Assembly (NCBI RefSeq): GCF_036321535.1
Contig: NC_087447.1
Coordinates: forward strand, 5,766,001-5,830,000
Reading direction: 5' to 3'
DNA: 64,000 bases
Source of the DNA: Camelus dromedarius
Lineage: Eukaryota
Shown: piece by piece, positions 1 through 11,679 of the stretch
How the letters are laid out: each line of letters opens with the position of its first letter
Position numbering within the stretch: position 1 is the first letter of the stretch
The notes under the pieces: model-generated
The model's input: the letters and a program-made list of their open reading frames with translations, nothing else
Databases searched by the model: none
What the model was told of the DNA's origin: nothing
Translations under genes and position numbers: made by a program

Positions 1-127
1 GCTCAAATGGTAGAGCACATGCTTAGCATGTACGAGGTCCTGGGTTCAATCCCCAGTACCTCTGCCAAAAAAAAAAAAATCCTGAGTAATAAACAAATAA
101 ATAGACCTAATGACCCCCCACAAAAAA
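1..127 (+). mobile_element. Camelid tRNA-Ala-derived SINE (Vic-1 type), cut by window edge
   Basis: GCTCAAATGGTAGAGCACATGCTTAGCATG...GGTTCAATCCCCAGTACC head, A-rich middle, tail. Confidence 0.85.
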
Positions 128-185
128 CACTGAACATAAAAAAGGGGTGTGGCGTTGGTCTAGGACAACCACCCCCCTTCACTTG

Positions 186-478
186 CTCTGAGGGACACCA
201 GCTACTGTGCTGTGTGCTGCCCCTAGGGAGAGGCCCACGGGGACAAAGGATGGATGTCTCTGGCCAACAGCCAGGGGGACCTGGGGCCTGCCAACAGCAA
301 CATGAGTGAGTGTGGAAGCAGATCCTCCCATGTCGAGCCTTGAGAAACCATAAGCCAGGGGCCCCCAGCTAAGCTGCGCCCGGATCCCTGCCCCAGAGAA
401 ACTGTGATATGACAATACTTGTTGTTTGAAACCCTCAAGTTTGAAGTATTTGATTCTCAGCCATAGCTAACTGACACA
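186..478 (+). mobile_element. MaLR (MLT1-type) LTR fragment
   Basis: ggccaacagcc...gaagcagatcct...agctaagctg...agaaactgtga...tagctaactgacaca, typical MLT1 3' part. Confidence 0.7.
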
Positions 479-1275
479 CCCAGTGTAAGCATGGCGCTGG
501 GCACTGCACCCACAGAAAGGCTTCCCCAGCTTCCCAGGGGGCGGGGCGGGGTGGGGCGTGAGAAGAAGAAACTTTTGACTGTTAGAAATGTGACAGCGCT
601 GCCAAAATTCAAGAAAACAAAAGATAAGTTACGTCAATTAAGAAACACACACGGTATTTTCATTTGTTTGCCCAGGCTGCTGAATCCCCAGGGAGGGGGC
701 ACTCGCTCCCCAGGAAGCGGAGGAGATGGAGTTGGGCGTTTGTGGACTGGGCTTAGGAAGCGTCCCACCACCGGCAGAGAAGACAGTCCTCCTGGGGTGA
801 CGTCCAGGACAAAGTTCCAGTTTGGCATTAACATGTCTTTAAGGCCCCCTAACACTTGCTAATCACCCTAACAAAGATAAAGAAGTCCTCAGTCCCTGGC
901 AGGACTCTAATTGCACTTTTTAGGCCTGCATTGATTCATTTTTACAGTGAGCCTCCTCTTCTGGCTAGAAGTGCTGGTTTTCCATTCTCTGGGGCAATAT
1001 CAAGTTTCTTGTTAAAAACAAATCTACCTTAATTACACGAAATGATGTCTTGATTTTCTTCAAAGTTATGGTGGAGAAGGGCCAGGGGTGTAGATGAAAC
1101 AAGACTGGCCATGAGTTGGTAACTGTTACAGCCGGGTGACAGGAACAGGGGGGTTCGGGACTCTAGTTTCTCTATTTCAGAACATGTTTGAAGCCTTCCG
1201 TGAAGGATTAAAACATTAAAAATAAAGTAGCTAAATTTACCTAAGGAAAAAATATGAGTCAATTTAAATCAAAAC

Positions 1276-1415
1276 TTTTTTTTTGGCAGAGGGGGAGGTA
1301 ATTAAGTTTATTTATTTATTTAGTTTTTAATGGAGATACTGGGGATTGAATCCAGGACCTCATGCATGCTAAGCACACACTCTAACTCTCTACCACTGAG
1401 CTCTACCCTCCCCAC
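1276..1415 (-). mobile_element. Camelid tRNA-derived SINE
   Basis: Same head and tail; 11-bp TSD taaatcaaaac at 1265-1275 and 1416-1426. Confidence 0.9.
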
Positions 1416-1944
1416 TAAATCAAAACAATGAGTAACTAACAGAACAAGTAGTACTCAGATAAGGCAAAAATCATTAAGGCAGCGCGTGACTCACTGCTGA
1501 TGGGGAAACGATTCTCTGGTGTGAAATGAAACTCGCGGGCCAGGAGCTGCAGCATCTGGACGGCCTTTTTAGTTTAGGTAAAACCTTTAACTCCCACAAC
1601 ACCAGCTCCTCCAGGAAGCCTCCTCTCACTGCCTGCACCCCATGGGCTGGAGCAGGTGCTTGCTCTGGGCTCCCAGGGCCTCCCACAGGCTCCTGCAAAG
1701 GTCACCTCCCCGCATTGTAACTGCGGAGTCCTCAGGGGTCTTCCTCACCAGACTGTGAGTCTTAGGGGGCAGGCCTTAAACACAGAAAGTGTCAATAAAT
1801 GTTTCTAAACTGAACAAAATACAGTGAGGGAAAAAGACCCCAACAAAAAAAGAATGCCACTCTCAGGCCCCAAGAGCTGCCTGCCCTGCCTTGGAGACCT
1901 TGGGTGTCTCTCTCAGCCCAAGCCTCGCCCAGATGAACACTTAC

Positions 1945-2005
1945 CCGGTCAGAGTCCTGGGGGCCCCCGTGAGACATTCCATCAGGGTTAAAGTGGTCCC
2001 CACAG
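1945..2005 (-). CDS. CCS: CCS exon 5
   Basis: CGDHFNPDGMSHGGPQDSDR, donor gtaag. Confidence 0.96.
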
Positions 2006-5000
2006 CTGAGAAGAAAAGATAGCAGGTGGGTAGCGAAACAACAGTTCACAGGCCGGGTGATCCATCCTCTTACTTTAACTACATTTGTTTTATTCATTCA
2101 TTCACTCATTCACTTACTCACTCAACAAACAGGCCCACTCTGTGCCAGGCTCTTGGTTGAGGACACTAAGAAGAGTTGGATGTGGGACCTGCCCTCAATA
2201 AGCTGCCTGGGGAGACACAGATGAGTAAAGGACTAATTGCAGCACAGCATGACAAACACCACGACACGGAGAACTGACCCTCCCGTGGCCAGGAGTCACC
2301 TTCCGTCTCCGAGTCAGTAAGGTGGCTACAAGCGGAAGCGTCAAGGTCAGATTTTGGCTCAAATCCCCACTCTCCTATTTACATGCTCTAGGGCCTTTGA
2401 CAGCCATTTTAACCTCTTTGAATCTCAGTTTCCTCATCTGTAGACCAAGCCTGTGTGTATATGCCTCCCAGGGTGCTTGTGAGGACCAAAGGTGAAGATG
2501 TCTGTAAAGGGCTGAATACAGCCCCCTGCACAGCGTGGGTGCACAGCTGGGGCGATGATGATGCTACGAGGCATGGCACGAGGACTGACCTGTTGCAGTT
2601 CCTTGTGAGATCCCCGAACTGATGGACATGGAGTCCGTGTAGCCCAGGCTTCAGGCCGTCAATGGTCCCCTCGATGAGGCAGCACTCAGGGGTCAGCTGC
2701 AGGAAGCGCACCACCCCCTGCACAGGGCCTGGCCCCTCCAGAATGGCCACTGCTGCCCCCAGATTCTCTGTAAGGCATTAGACACCAGGACTGGCTCACT
2801 ATCTCAGCCAGCCCCACCCCTTCATCAGCTTGGAAAGGCCATGCAGAGCCCCCCATAACTTCACACAGTCTCCAAAGCCACTCCAACCCAAAGCCCCTAA
2901 ATCCTATGGTTAGGTCTGTACCACACCCAGCACACCTTCCTCCCAGAGAGGCCAAGGCCAAGGTCACAGTGGTTACTCACGCAACAGGCCACTGCCCATG
3001 CCCTTGAGTACCGCCTGCCGTCCAGTGCCTTCTAGAAGGGCCTGCACCTCGTGGCTGGGCAGGGTGGTCTGCACCAGGACCATCTGGTTCTCCAACTGCA
3101 CCTCCACACTCTGGACACCTGAGAGAACAGAGAAGGTAGAGGGCAGGAGAGGGCAGAGGGCAGGAGGGGGCTGGCACCCCTGTTCTGGGAGCAGGGAAGA
3201 AAGAAACAGATCTTCAGCAACCTGCCCATGGCCGGAGGCAAGCTCAGAGGCTGCCTTCTCACTGAGTAAGGCCCTTAACCTCCCTGAGTTTGTTTCTTTA
3301 TAAAGTGGGGATAATGCCACTTTGCCCCCAGGATCCTTGTGAGTCCTTATTTTGTGCCAAATGTCATCTATAACTTATGAAACATAGATGATTCTTTTAA
3401 AAATCTTTTTATAAAAGTGGGCTATCAATAGCCACATTATTCATGATGGTCAAAAGGTGNNNNNNNNNNNNNNNNNNNNNNNNNNNNNNNNNNNNNNNNN
3501 NNNNNNNNNNNNNNNNNNNNNNNNNNNNNNNNNNNNNNNNNNNNNNNNNNNNNNNNNNNNNNNNNNNNNNNNNNNNNNNNNNNNNNNNNNNNNNNNNNNN
3601 NNNNNNNNNNNNNNNNNNNNNNNNNNNNNNNNNNNNNNNNNNTGGGTGAAATGTTCAAAATAGGTAAATCTATAGAGACAGAAAGTTGATGGGGGTAGGG
3701 GGCCAGGAGGGTGATAGTGGAGGGGTACAATTTCTTCAAGAGGTGATGAAATATAAAAGTGAGAGTGGTAATGGTTGTGCAACTCTGTGACTATACTAAA
3801 AACCATTAGATTGTATACTTTAATGGATGAATTGTAAATGGATGATATATGAATTACATCTCAATAAAGTTGGCACATGCTTAACAAAGAGGGAGCTATT
3901 ATTATCATCATGAAAGCTAACATTTACTGAGCATGCACTGTGGACTTTTTTGTACTTTACCTGTATTAACTCAAGTAATTGTGAAATTATCCCCACATCA
4001 CAGGTGAGAAAGATAAGACAGAGAAATTAAGAAACTTCTTCAAAGTCAAACTGTAGGACTGGGAGTCCTAGGCAGCCTAATTCCAGAGCCCGAGGACTCT
4101 GCCTGTGCACTGCTCACCTCGAGAAGAAGCTCCCAGCCCCCAGGATGGGCTGGAGACCCCTCCTTGGTCCTCCTGTAGCAGCTCCTCTTTCCCCATGTGA
4201 CTCACACTGCACTGCTTAGAATCCTCTGTGTGGGCAGGAACTCTGTGTGGTCCACAAGGGTCAGCTTCAAAACTCACTGTGCTTCAACTGCCCTCCAAAT
4301 CCCTGAAGTCACCGTGGTGTGTACACAGCCTGCAGGATGATTCTGACATATGCTCAGCTTTGAGGGCCATCGAGCCCACTCAAAGAAGGATGAGAGGGGC
4401 TTCTCTTCCATTCAGGTATTCAAGGCTCCTAAGCCTTTTAAGAGAATTCTTGACTCCTTAGCCAGAGCACAGATGGGTTGGGAACGCTGAATGCTGAGCT
4501 CACCTGTTGGACTTACAACCATTCTGTTCTGTGTGTGTGTTTGTTGCTCTGTGGGGGTAGAGCCCACAGGAGCCGGGAGTCACGGGCAGCCCAGAAGACA
4601 CAGGTTAAATGAAGCATTTCTCTCTGTTGAGCTAGTACTCTGTGAGCTGAAGGCTACACTGACTGTTGGTGCCCCCTTCATCCTTGGTTTCCCTCCTCCA
4701 TATTCTTTAAACAAATGTGTGCTGGGCATGGAGGAGACCAGGGTCAGGAAAAGCACTGGTCCTAGTCTTCACGGAGCTCACAGGAGGAGAGATAACCCAG
4801 ACTACGCCTGGATTAACCATCAGGCAGAGAAGGGAATAACAAGCTCTGAGGTACAGACAAGGAACCTCAGCTGTTCAGATTCCTTCCAACTGGGAAATGC
4901 TACTGGGATGAGGTAGCACCTGAGAGACAGGAGCATTTGGCCTGTGGTTACACGAGGTCTCATGGGATTGCTTCTTCAGGTCCCCTGCAGCATCAGTGAC

Positions 5001-7616
5001 ACCGAGGGGGAGGGGCAGAATCTGTAAACAGAGATCAGGCAGACACACCCATCTCCTCCCTGGCAGGTACAGGGCAATTCTGGGAGAAGAAAACCCCCCA
5101 AATAACCAGCCTGCCTGCCACTTCACACAACATCTCATCCTGGGCCACATGGTAGCCTGAGGCCTTGGGGCTCAGGGTCCAACTAGAGGAACCTCTGGAT
5201 GCAAAGGGGGTGTATGGAGGATGGCAGAGAACTCTTGTGATCTAAGCCTCTGGGGAATGTCGGGAGCTGTGTGCACATCAGGACAGTGATGCCGTCTTCC
5301 TCTGGCAGGTGAGGAAATGAGGCTGGAGGTTACACAACTGGCTTGAGATCAAAAAAGCTCAGAGGGCAGCCCGTCCAACCCCAAAGCTGATGCTTGGTCC
5401 CCTTGTCCCACAGGAAGTAGGACTGGGCCCCAAAGGATTGATTTTCTGAGCTTCCCAGGGCTCAAACAAGCATGCAGTGCAAGGGATTCACTTGCCAATT
5501 CATTCATTTAACAAATGTATACTAAGCACCTATCATGCACCAAGTTACAGGCAGTAGGGATAGAGCAGGGAACAAGTCAGGTGATGTCTCTGTCCCATAA
5601 CGCAGCATGTGTTCCAGTGCAGGAATACAGACATATCAATTACATGCACAGGGAGATTCAGAAAGTTAAAAGTGTGATCAATGAAACAGATATTAGGGAA
5701 CAACGAAGTGGAGGTGGGGGGCAGCCACTTCAACCAGCTGGTCAAGAAAGGTCTCTCTAAGCCTTTAAGCAAAGGCCTGAATGTAGTCAGGAAAGAGCAT
5801 TCCAGCAAAGGGAACAGTCTGGGCAAACGCCCTGAGGCAGGAACGACATCTATGTGCTCTAAGAGAAAGACCAGAGTGGCTGGAGCTGGAGTGAAGAAAA
5901 TAATAAGATATGAAGTTGAAAGTGGAGACTAGTGAAGCAAAGCCCTGCAGGCAACAGGAAGGAATATGGAATTTAATTTTAATGCAATGGGAGGCCTTTG
6001 GGAGATGGCACAGAGTACAGTGGTTAAGGGTGTGGGCTCCAGAGTTGAAATCCTGAGTCTGCCACATACTAGCTGTGTGGCCTTAGACAACTTACTCAAC
6101 CTTTCTGTTGAGTTTTCTTTTCAGTTTCTTCATCTGCAAATGGAGATAATAATACTACCTACCTAAGGGGGCTACTGAAGACCTAAATGGATTAATTATC
6201 TCACATACAGCACTGAGAACAGTGCCTGGCCCCTGGGAAACTCTTAAACATTATGACTTTTAGAGGAGTTTAAGCAAGGCAGTGACAATATCTGATGTAT
6301 GATTTCAAAAATCACTCTGGATTTTATGTGAAAAAGCTACTGGAGAGAGCAACAGAGACAATAGAGAGCCCACAGATGAAGTTCTTGTGTGGGTCGGGGA
6401 GCTGTGAGGTGGCTTGGATTGATGTGAAAACCAAAGTACGGAAAAGGAGGGATGTAGATACACAGCACACAAGACTTTCTGATGGCCTGGCTTTGGCACA
6501 GGTGGGTTCCTGCTCTGGGTGTATGAAGAGCTGCTTCTCTGCACCTGAAGTGTGGAGGGCCCCCGGGGGAAGCCCAGAACTCTTGACCTGAGTCTGAACC
6601 AAGAAGGGTGGCTCCCCAGCAGAGCAGCAGTTTCATTCAGCTGGTGCAGAGGGTGGCCAGGCCAGCACCTGTCTTAGCTCAGGGCCCAGTGAGGAAGATA
6701 AGATTAGGCCATAGGGAACTCTAGGGTGAGTGATAAGGGTTCAAGGAAGTGAGCCTTGGGCTAGGAGGTCCTTCCACTTACCCCTAGGAGGAGAGCAGAA
6801 CCCTCCTCCCCAAATCCCAGGCCTCCTGGAGAGGGCAAATCCCCTAATCAAGCAATCTCTCTCTTTCTCTCTCTCCCTCTCTGCATTCTGAGAAGCTACA
6901 ATTTCCCAGCCAACCCATGAGAAAGCCAAGCCGATTCCAGATACCCAGACCAGAAAACGTAGAGTCACCAGAAGTCTTTATCTGGTTTCTAAGAAATCTG
7001 CTGAGGGAGAAAAACTGCCCTATGTCCAACATAAGTCCAGCTGCTCTTCCAGCAAGAATGTTTTACAGGAGGCAGAGAGCCCAACATCCTCGGAAAGCTT
7101 TGCTCAGAACTCTCCACTCCCAGAGGCATCCGGACTGTGAGCATAAAAGTTCTTCTGGTTCTTACCTGCTATCCCTTTCAGGGACGTGCGCACCGCGTCC
7201 ACGCAGCTCTGACAGGTCATCTGCACCGCGAACTCCAGCTGCAAGGGTGGCAGGGACTGGTCGATAAGAGCTCGAGAACCTTCCAGCGTGATCCTGTTTC
7301 ACTACCCACCCCCACGACCACCTCCAACGGCATGGAGTAACGCCCCACGTGACTCCTTCTCAAGCGCCTTCTTCCTTATCACTCAAGATCACTCCAGGAC
7401 CAACACCTCCCAAAATTAACGCCAAGAGCCCTGCTACTCTCACATTCCAGTGTTAAGCCCCGGCCCCAGGCCTCCACCTGGGTGCCCGCTCCCTCCCCCA
7501 TTCCCGAGTTAGAGATCACCCCAGGGGCTGAGGTTCTCTGCCTTTGCAAGGCTCCCACTTGAGGCCTCGACCCTCACCGTGCAGGCAGCCCCGCGGTCCT
7601 CTGAGTCCAATGCCAT
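1945..7616 (-). CDS. CCS: Copper chaperone for SOD1, 5' part (exons 1-5; remainder beyond left edge)
   Basis: Join of 7578-7616, 7166-7238, 2981-3118, 2590-2767, 1945-2005 (489 nt), all GT-AG and in frame. ATX1-like MTCQSC motif followed by SOD-like domain (GLHGLHVHQFGD, CGDHFNPDG). Confidence 0.97.
2590..2767 (-). CDS. CCS: CCS exon 4
   Basis: NLGAAVAILEGPGPVQGVVRFLQLTPECCLIEG...LTRNCN. Confidence 0.96.
2981..3118 (-). CDS. CCS: CCS exon 3
   Basis: GVQSVEVQLENQMVLVQTTLPSHEVQALLEGTGRQAVLKGMGSGLL. Confidence 0.96.
3425..3872 (+). mobile_element. Old L1 (L1M-type) 3' end
   Basis: aggtaaatctatagagacagaaag...aaaaccatt...ctcaataaag; partly N. Confidence 0.75.
5500..6460 (-). mobile_element. L2 fragments with nested MIR in CCS intron 2
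   Basis: cattcattcatttaacaaatgtatactaagcacc L2 tail; MIR core ~6010-6230. Confidence 0.7.
7166..7238 (-). CDS. CCS: CCS exon 2
   Basis: LEFAVQMTCQSCVDAVRTSLKGIA, AG/GT bounded. Confidence 0.96.
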
Positions 7617-8500
7617 CCTGAACCCAGACACCAGCCGGAGGACCCGAACTGTAAAGGTCCTTAAGCTCCAATCCCGAGTAGCGTCGCGGAGAGGCAGAGC
7701 CTGGGAAGCCGCTCCTTGCCCCGCCTCCTGGTGCGCGCGCATGCAAGGCCCTGCCACTCCCTTCGATAGCCACGCGGCGGCGGTCACGGGCCGCGCAAGC
7801 GCACTTGGGCCATCCGGACAGTCGTTGCCTTAGTAACCACTTTGCCTACTCTTCCCAACGCCGGAGCCGCCAGCGCTGTCAGAGCTAAGATGGAGCCTTA
7901 TAAACCCGAGCCCGAGCTCCAGCGGTTTTACCACCGATTGCTGCGTCCGCTGTCGCTCTTCCCCGGCAGGGCGACGCGCACAGAGTCTCAGAAGCACCTC
8001 CCGCAGGAGGTCCCGATGCTGCTGCCCCAGCCTGTCTCACGGCTGACGGTGGAGTCGCTCTGCCGCCAGGTAGCTGAACGGCTGGCCAGCAGCGGGCTGG
8101 AGGCGCGAGCGCCTTCCGAGGTGCGACTCCGTTTCACCCAAGTCATTCTGGATGAGCTAAAGTGCAGCTGGCAGGAGCCTCCCACCGAACCTAGTCTGAG
8201 CCACTTGAACAATCTGAGGCTGCGGAAGCGGCTCCAGGTCTATATGCTGCTCAGCAGCGAGCAGCTCTTCATACGCTATCTGCACCTTCAGAAGATCATG
8301 TCGACCGCCGCAGGTGTCTTCACTGAATCAGCCACTCTCACCCGGTTGGCCGCCCGCCTCGCCAGGGACTGCACAGTCCTCCTCACCAGCCCCGAGGTCT
8401 ACCGTAGCCTGCTCGCTGACTTCCGCTCCCTAGAGCAGGCCCAAGCCTGCGTGCCCAGGCTGCGCCCCGTCGGCCCCGCTGGGGCTTTCAAGCTCTGCCC
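7500..8500. promoter_or_regulatory. CpG island and bidirectional CCS/CCDC87 promoter
   Basis: CpG-dense; ATGs 273 bp apart; GC box ~7719-7728, NRF1-like GCGCATGC 7737-7744, X-box 7824-7837. Confidence 0.85.
7578..7616 (-). CDS. CCS: CCS exon 1
   Basis: MALDSEDRGAACT, donor gtgag. Confidence 0.93.
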
Positions 8501-10460
8501 TATCCCGTGGCATCACAGCACTGGCTTCGCCCAAGTGCCATATTTCAACCTCAATCTGAACTACCTCATCCATCTCAGCCGCCCGCGAGATTTTGTCGGT
8601 GAGTCTGAACTGGATCCAGTGAAGGAACTGAAGTCCATTCCCCAGCTGAAGAAGAAAAAGCTTCTCCGCTGGCTGTCCTCCATGCAGAAGAGAGAAAGCA
8701 ACTTCAATTCACAGATTGAGGCACTGCCTACGTACTCTGTGACTCCCGCTAGCCCGGCTCCTTCCTCCTCCCACTTGCCCCTCTACTCCCAGCTCCCTAG
8801 AGGCCAGTCCATGCCCTCTCTGCGTGAGGGCTGGAAGCTCGAAGATGAGTTGGGCCTTCCTCCGCTCTCTCCACGCCCCTTAACCCCACTGGTCCTGGTT
8901 GCAGAGAGCAAACCAGAGTTGGCAAGGGACACAGTGGCTGAAGACCTGAAGCAGATGATGAAGAACATGAAACTGGAGTGCACTCGCTACTCACCGCTGG
9001 ACTCAGGCCTGCCCCTGCTCCTGGCGGCCCTGACCCACCGCCCAGCTACAGCACATCACATGGAAGAGCTGCAGAGAATGTTGAAGGACCTTGAGGAGAG
9101 TGAAGCTGCTGGGCAGTGGGACCTCCAGCCCCTCAGATGCCCTCCACTTCAGCCACAGCCAGTGACAGTTCCTTTGAAGCTAAGAAATAAGGTCGTGGTC
9201 CAGACAGCTGCTGTGCAGGTCTCAGAGAGAAATTTTTTGGACTCCTTTCATGTCGAGGGGGCTGGAGTTCTATACAACCACCTGACTGGTGAACTAGAAC
9301 CCAAACTCATTAAGGAAATGGATATTGATCGCTCTGTTGGCAGTAACATCCAGGAGGTCTACAAGGAGCTAATGAACCATGTCTCTAATAAGCACTTCTC
9401 TTTTGACCAGGGACCCCTGGTTGAGCTTGCAGCCGATAAAGACTGGTCGACCTTCCTGTCCTCAGACTTTCTATGTCAAGAAAAACAGCATCGTGTCATC
9501 AACCCCAAGCTGGCTGGACTTTATTTCCAGAGAGAAAACCCTTTACAGTCCAACCCTGATAGGATGTCCTCCCTCACATCATCCCAAGGAAGCAAAAGCT
9601 GGGAGAGGCGGCCTAAGAAGACCTCATGGATGAACTGGTGGGAAACCACTTTGTCTGTGGGTGACTACTTCAAGTACCTCATCAACCAGGAGACAGATTT
9701 CCTCCATGTCATCTTCCAAATGTATGAAGAGGAGGCGCCTGTGGAGATCGTGGCCCCTGTAAGAGAGTCCCTAAAGATTCAGCGCCCACCTCCCTTGCTA
9801 GAAGACGATGAGCCAGACTTTGTGCCAGGAGAGTGGGATTGGAACACGGTGCTGGGGCACAGGCTAGGAACTAAGAGGAGCCACCTCCTGGAAGAATCTC
9901 ACAAAATCCTGAGCCTGCAGAAGCGTCTGGAGTGGCTGTGGTCCATGCTTGAGGTCCCCGACAAGGACCGGCTGGACATGGCCATCAAGTACAGCTCCAA
10001 TGCCCATCTGAGGCAGCTGCCTTTCTTGGTGAGTGCCTGGGAGCGGGCCTTGCAGCCCATTCAGCTGCGAGAGATGATGCTGGGGAGACTAGAGTGGTTT
10101 GAGCGACAAGCCTCCGACCCTAACCGCTTCTTCCAAAAGACTGACATGGGCCTGAGTCGCTTCCTGGAGGAGAATCAGATCCGCAGTCATCTACACAGGA
10201 AGCTCAATCTAGTGGAGGCTCCTTTGATTCCCCTTCTGGAGGAGATTGAGGTAATCTTTGGGGAGCCAGTGACCTTCAAGGGGCGGCGGTACCTGGACAA
10301 GATGAAACGTGACAAAGTAGAGATGCTGTACTGGCTGCAGCAGCGGCGGCGGGTCCACCACCTGGTCCGGGCCCAGAAGGTCTCCCATCAGGCCTCCCTG
10401 TCCGGGAAGCCCAGCAGCCAGCCTCTGATAGTTCCTGGGAATACTCCCATTACTCTCTGA
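7890..10460 (+). CDS. CCDC87: Coiled-coil domain-containing protein 87, single exon, 856 aa
   Basis: Long open ORF. ATG at 7890 in strong Kozak context (aagATGg). MEPYKPEPELQRFYHRLLRPLSLFP...DKMKRDKVEMLYWLQQ matches the CCDC87 family; head-to-head with CCS as in human. Confidence 0.96.
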   Translation: MEPYKPEPELQRFYHRLLRPLSLFPGRATRTESQKHLPQEVPMLLPQPVSRLTVESLCRQVAERLASSGLEARAPSEVRLRFTQVILDELKCSWQEPPTEPSLSHLNNLRLRKRLQVYMLLSSEQLFIRYLHLQKIMSTAAGVFTESATLTRLAARLARDCTVLLTSPEVYRSLLADFRSLEQAQACVPRLRPVGPAGAFKLCPIPWHHSTGFAQVPYFNLNLNYLIHLSRPRDFVGESELDPVKELKSIPQLKKKKLLRWLSSMQKRESNFNSQIEALPTYSVTPASPAPSSSHLPLYSQLPRGQSMPSLREGWKLEDELGLPPLSPRPLTPLVLVAESKPELARDTVAEDLKQMMKNMKLECTRYSPLDSGLPLLLAALTHRPATAHHMEELQRMLKDLEESEAAGQWDLQPLRCPPLQPQPVTVPLKLRNKVVVQTAAVQVSERNFLDSFHVEGAGVLYNHLTGELEPKLIKEMDIDRSVGSNIQEVYKELMNHVSNKHFSFDQGPLVELAADKDWSTFLSSDFLCQEKQHRVINPKLAGLYFQRENPLQSNPDRMSSLTSSQGSKSWERRPKKTSWMNWWETTLSVGDYFKYLINQETDFLHVIFQMYEEEAPVEIVAPVRESLKIQRPPPLLEDDEPDFVPGEWDWNTVLGHRLGTKRSHLLEESHKILSLQKRLEWLWSMLEVPDKDRLDMAIKYSSNAHLRQLPFLVSAWERALQPIQLREMMLGRLEWFERQASDPNRFFQKTDMGLSRFLEENQIRSHLHRKLNLVEAPLIPLLEEIEVIFGEPVTFKGRRYLDKMKRDKVEMLYWLQQRRRVHHLVRAQKVSHQASLSGKPSSQPLIVPGNTPITL

Positions 10461-11159
10461 CCAGGCCAAGTGCCCTCAGACCCCTCCCTCACCCCCACAC
10501 ACCCAGCAACTCATCCAGACCTTTTGACTGCTTTGAAAGAAGAAATATCTGGCTGTGCAGGGTTCAGGAGAATTGTGCTTCCAACTCCCAGGGGACTGAA
10601 ATTAACACTTTGTTTGGACCATGAAGTTCTCATAAAAATTCCCCAAGCCCCTCATTCCCATTTATGTCAAGCCACACACAATACAGCCAAAATCTCATAT
10701 ACCAGAAGAACTGAGACCAGTCCCTGAAGTTCATTGTCATGGGAAGTGTCAGCCAGGTGGAAACCATCCCCTTTGAAACACCTCAGTTTAGCATTTCCAT
10801 CACACTACATTAGATGGGCTGATTAGAGCCCCAGACCAGGAGGCTCTGTGGCATACTGTCTAAGAGCTAGTGTTCTGGAGTTCAGAGATGCAGGTTTAAA
10901 TCCCAGCTGTGTAACCTTGGGCAACCTACCTAATAGCTCTGCATGTGGACCATCATATGTCAAATGAAGGAGTTGAGTCCAGGTTGTCACTTTTCCTGGT
11001 TCTACTGTTGGTAGAGCTAAAGTTTTTCATTAAATTTTTACCAGTTAATACAGACACATGGGACAAAGTACACAAGAGTGTGCATCCTTCCCTCCAAGAC
11101 CTCAGGTCTTCTTGAGGGTAACAACTGTTACCAGTTTCTCGTGTATCTTTCCATTCCAT

Positions 11160-11665
11160 TAGTTAGCAAATATTTATCCAGCACCTGCTAGGTGTTCATG
11201 CTTGGTCTACATCACTGAACAAAACAAAGACCCCTACCCTTTGTAAAGTTACATTCTACTGAGAGGAAACAGACCGTAAACTGTAAATGTGGTACCTATG
11301 CACACAGAATGATAGAATGTAGAGGGCGATTAGTACTGTGGAAAAAAGAAAAAGTAGAAAAGGTAAGAGGAAATAAAGGGCAAAGGATGCCGGTTTATTA
11401 GGATAGTCTGTGTAAGGCTCACTGCAAAGGGAAGATTTGAGCAAAGGCTTGAAGGAGGGGAAGAAGGAAGCCCTGTGGACATCTGGGACCACAGCGCTCC
11501 TGACAGCTATTGTGAAACCTAAGGTGGGCGGGTGCCTGGAGTGTTCCAGAAAAGCAAGGTGGCCAATTACCGTGGAGCGGAGCGAGGGGGAGAAAGATGA
11601 GTCAGAGGGGTCGCAATAAGATGCCAAGGGGCAGGCTGGATTATTTTAGGCCTTGGAGACAATTG
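11160..11665 (-). mobile_element. L2 fragment
   Basis: L2 tail and aaaggcttgaagga...gagtgttccag motifs. Confidence 0.65.
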
Positions 11666-11679
11666 TAAGAACCATTTCA

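Noticed and set aside
1-1944. CCS appearing truncated or pseudogenised (exons 6-8 absent)
   Set aside because: Exons 1-5 are intact and intron 5 is long; the remaining exons are expected beyond the window edge.
7842-7889. 16-codon N-terminal extension of CCDC87 from TTG in the ORF track
   Set aside because: Non-ATG start. The ATG at 7890 has strong Kozak context and matches the orthologue start.
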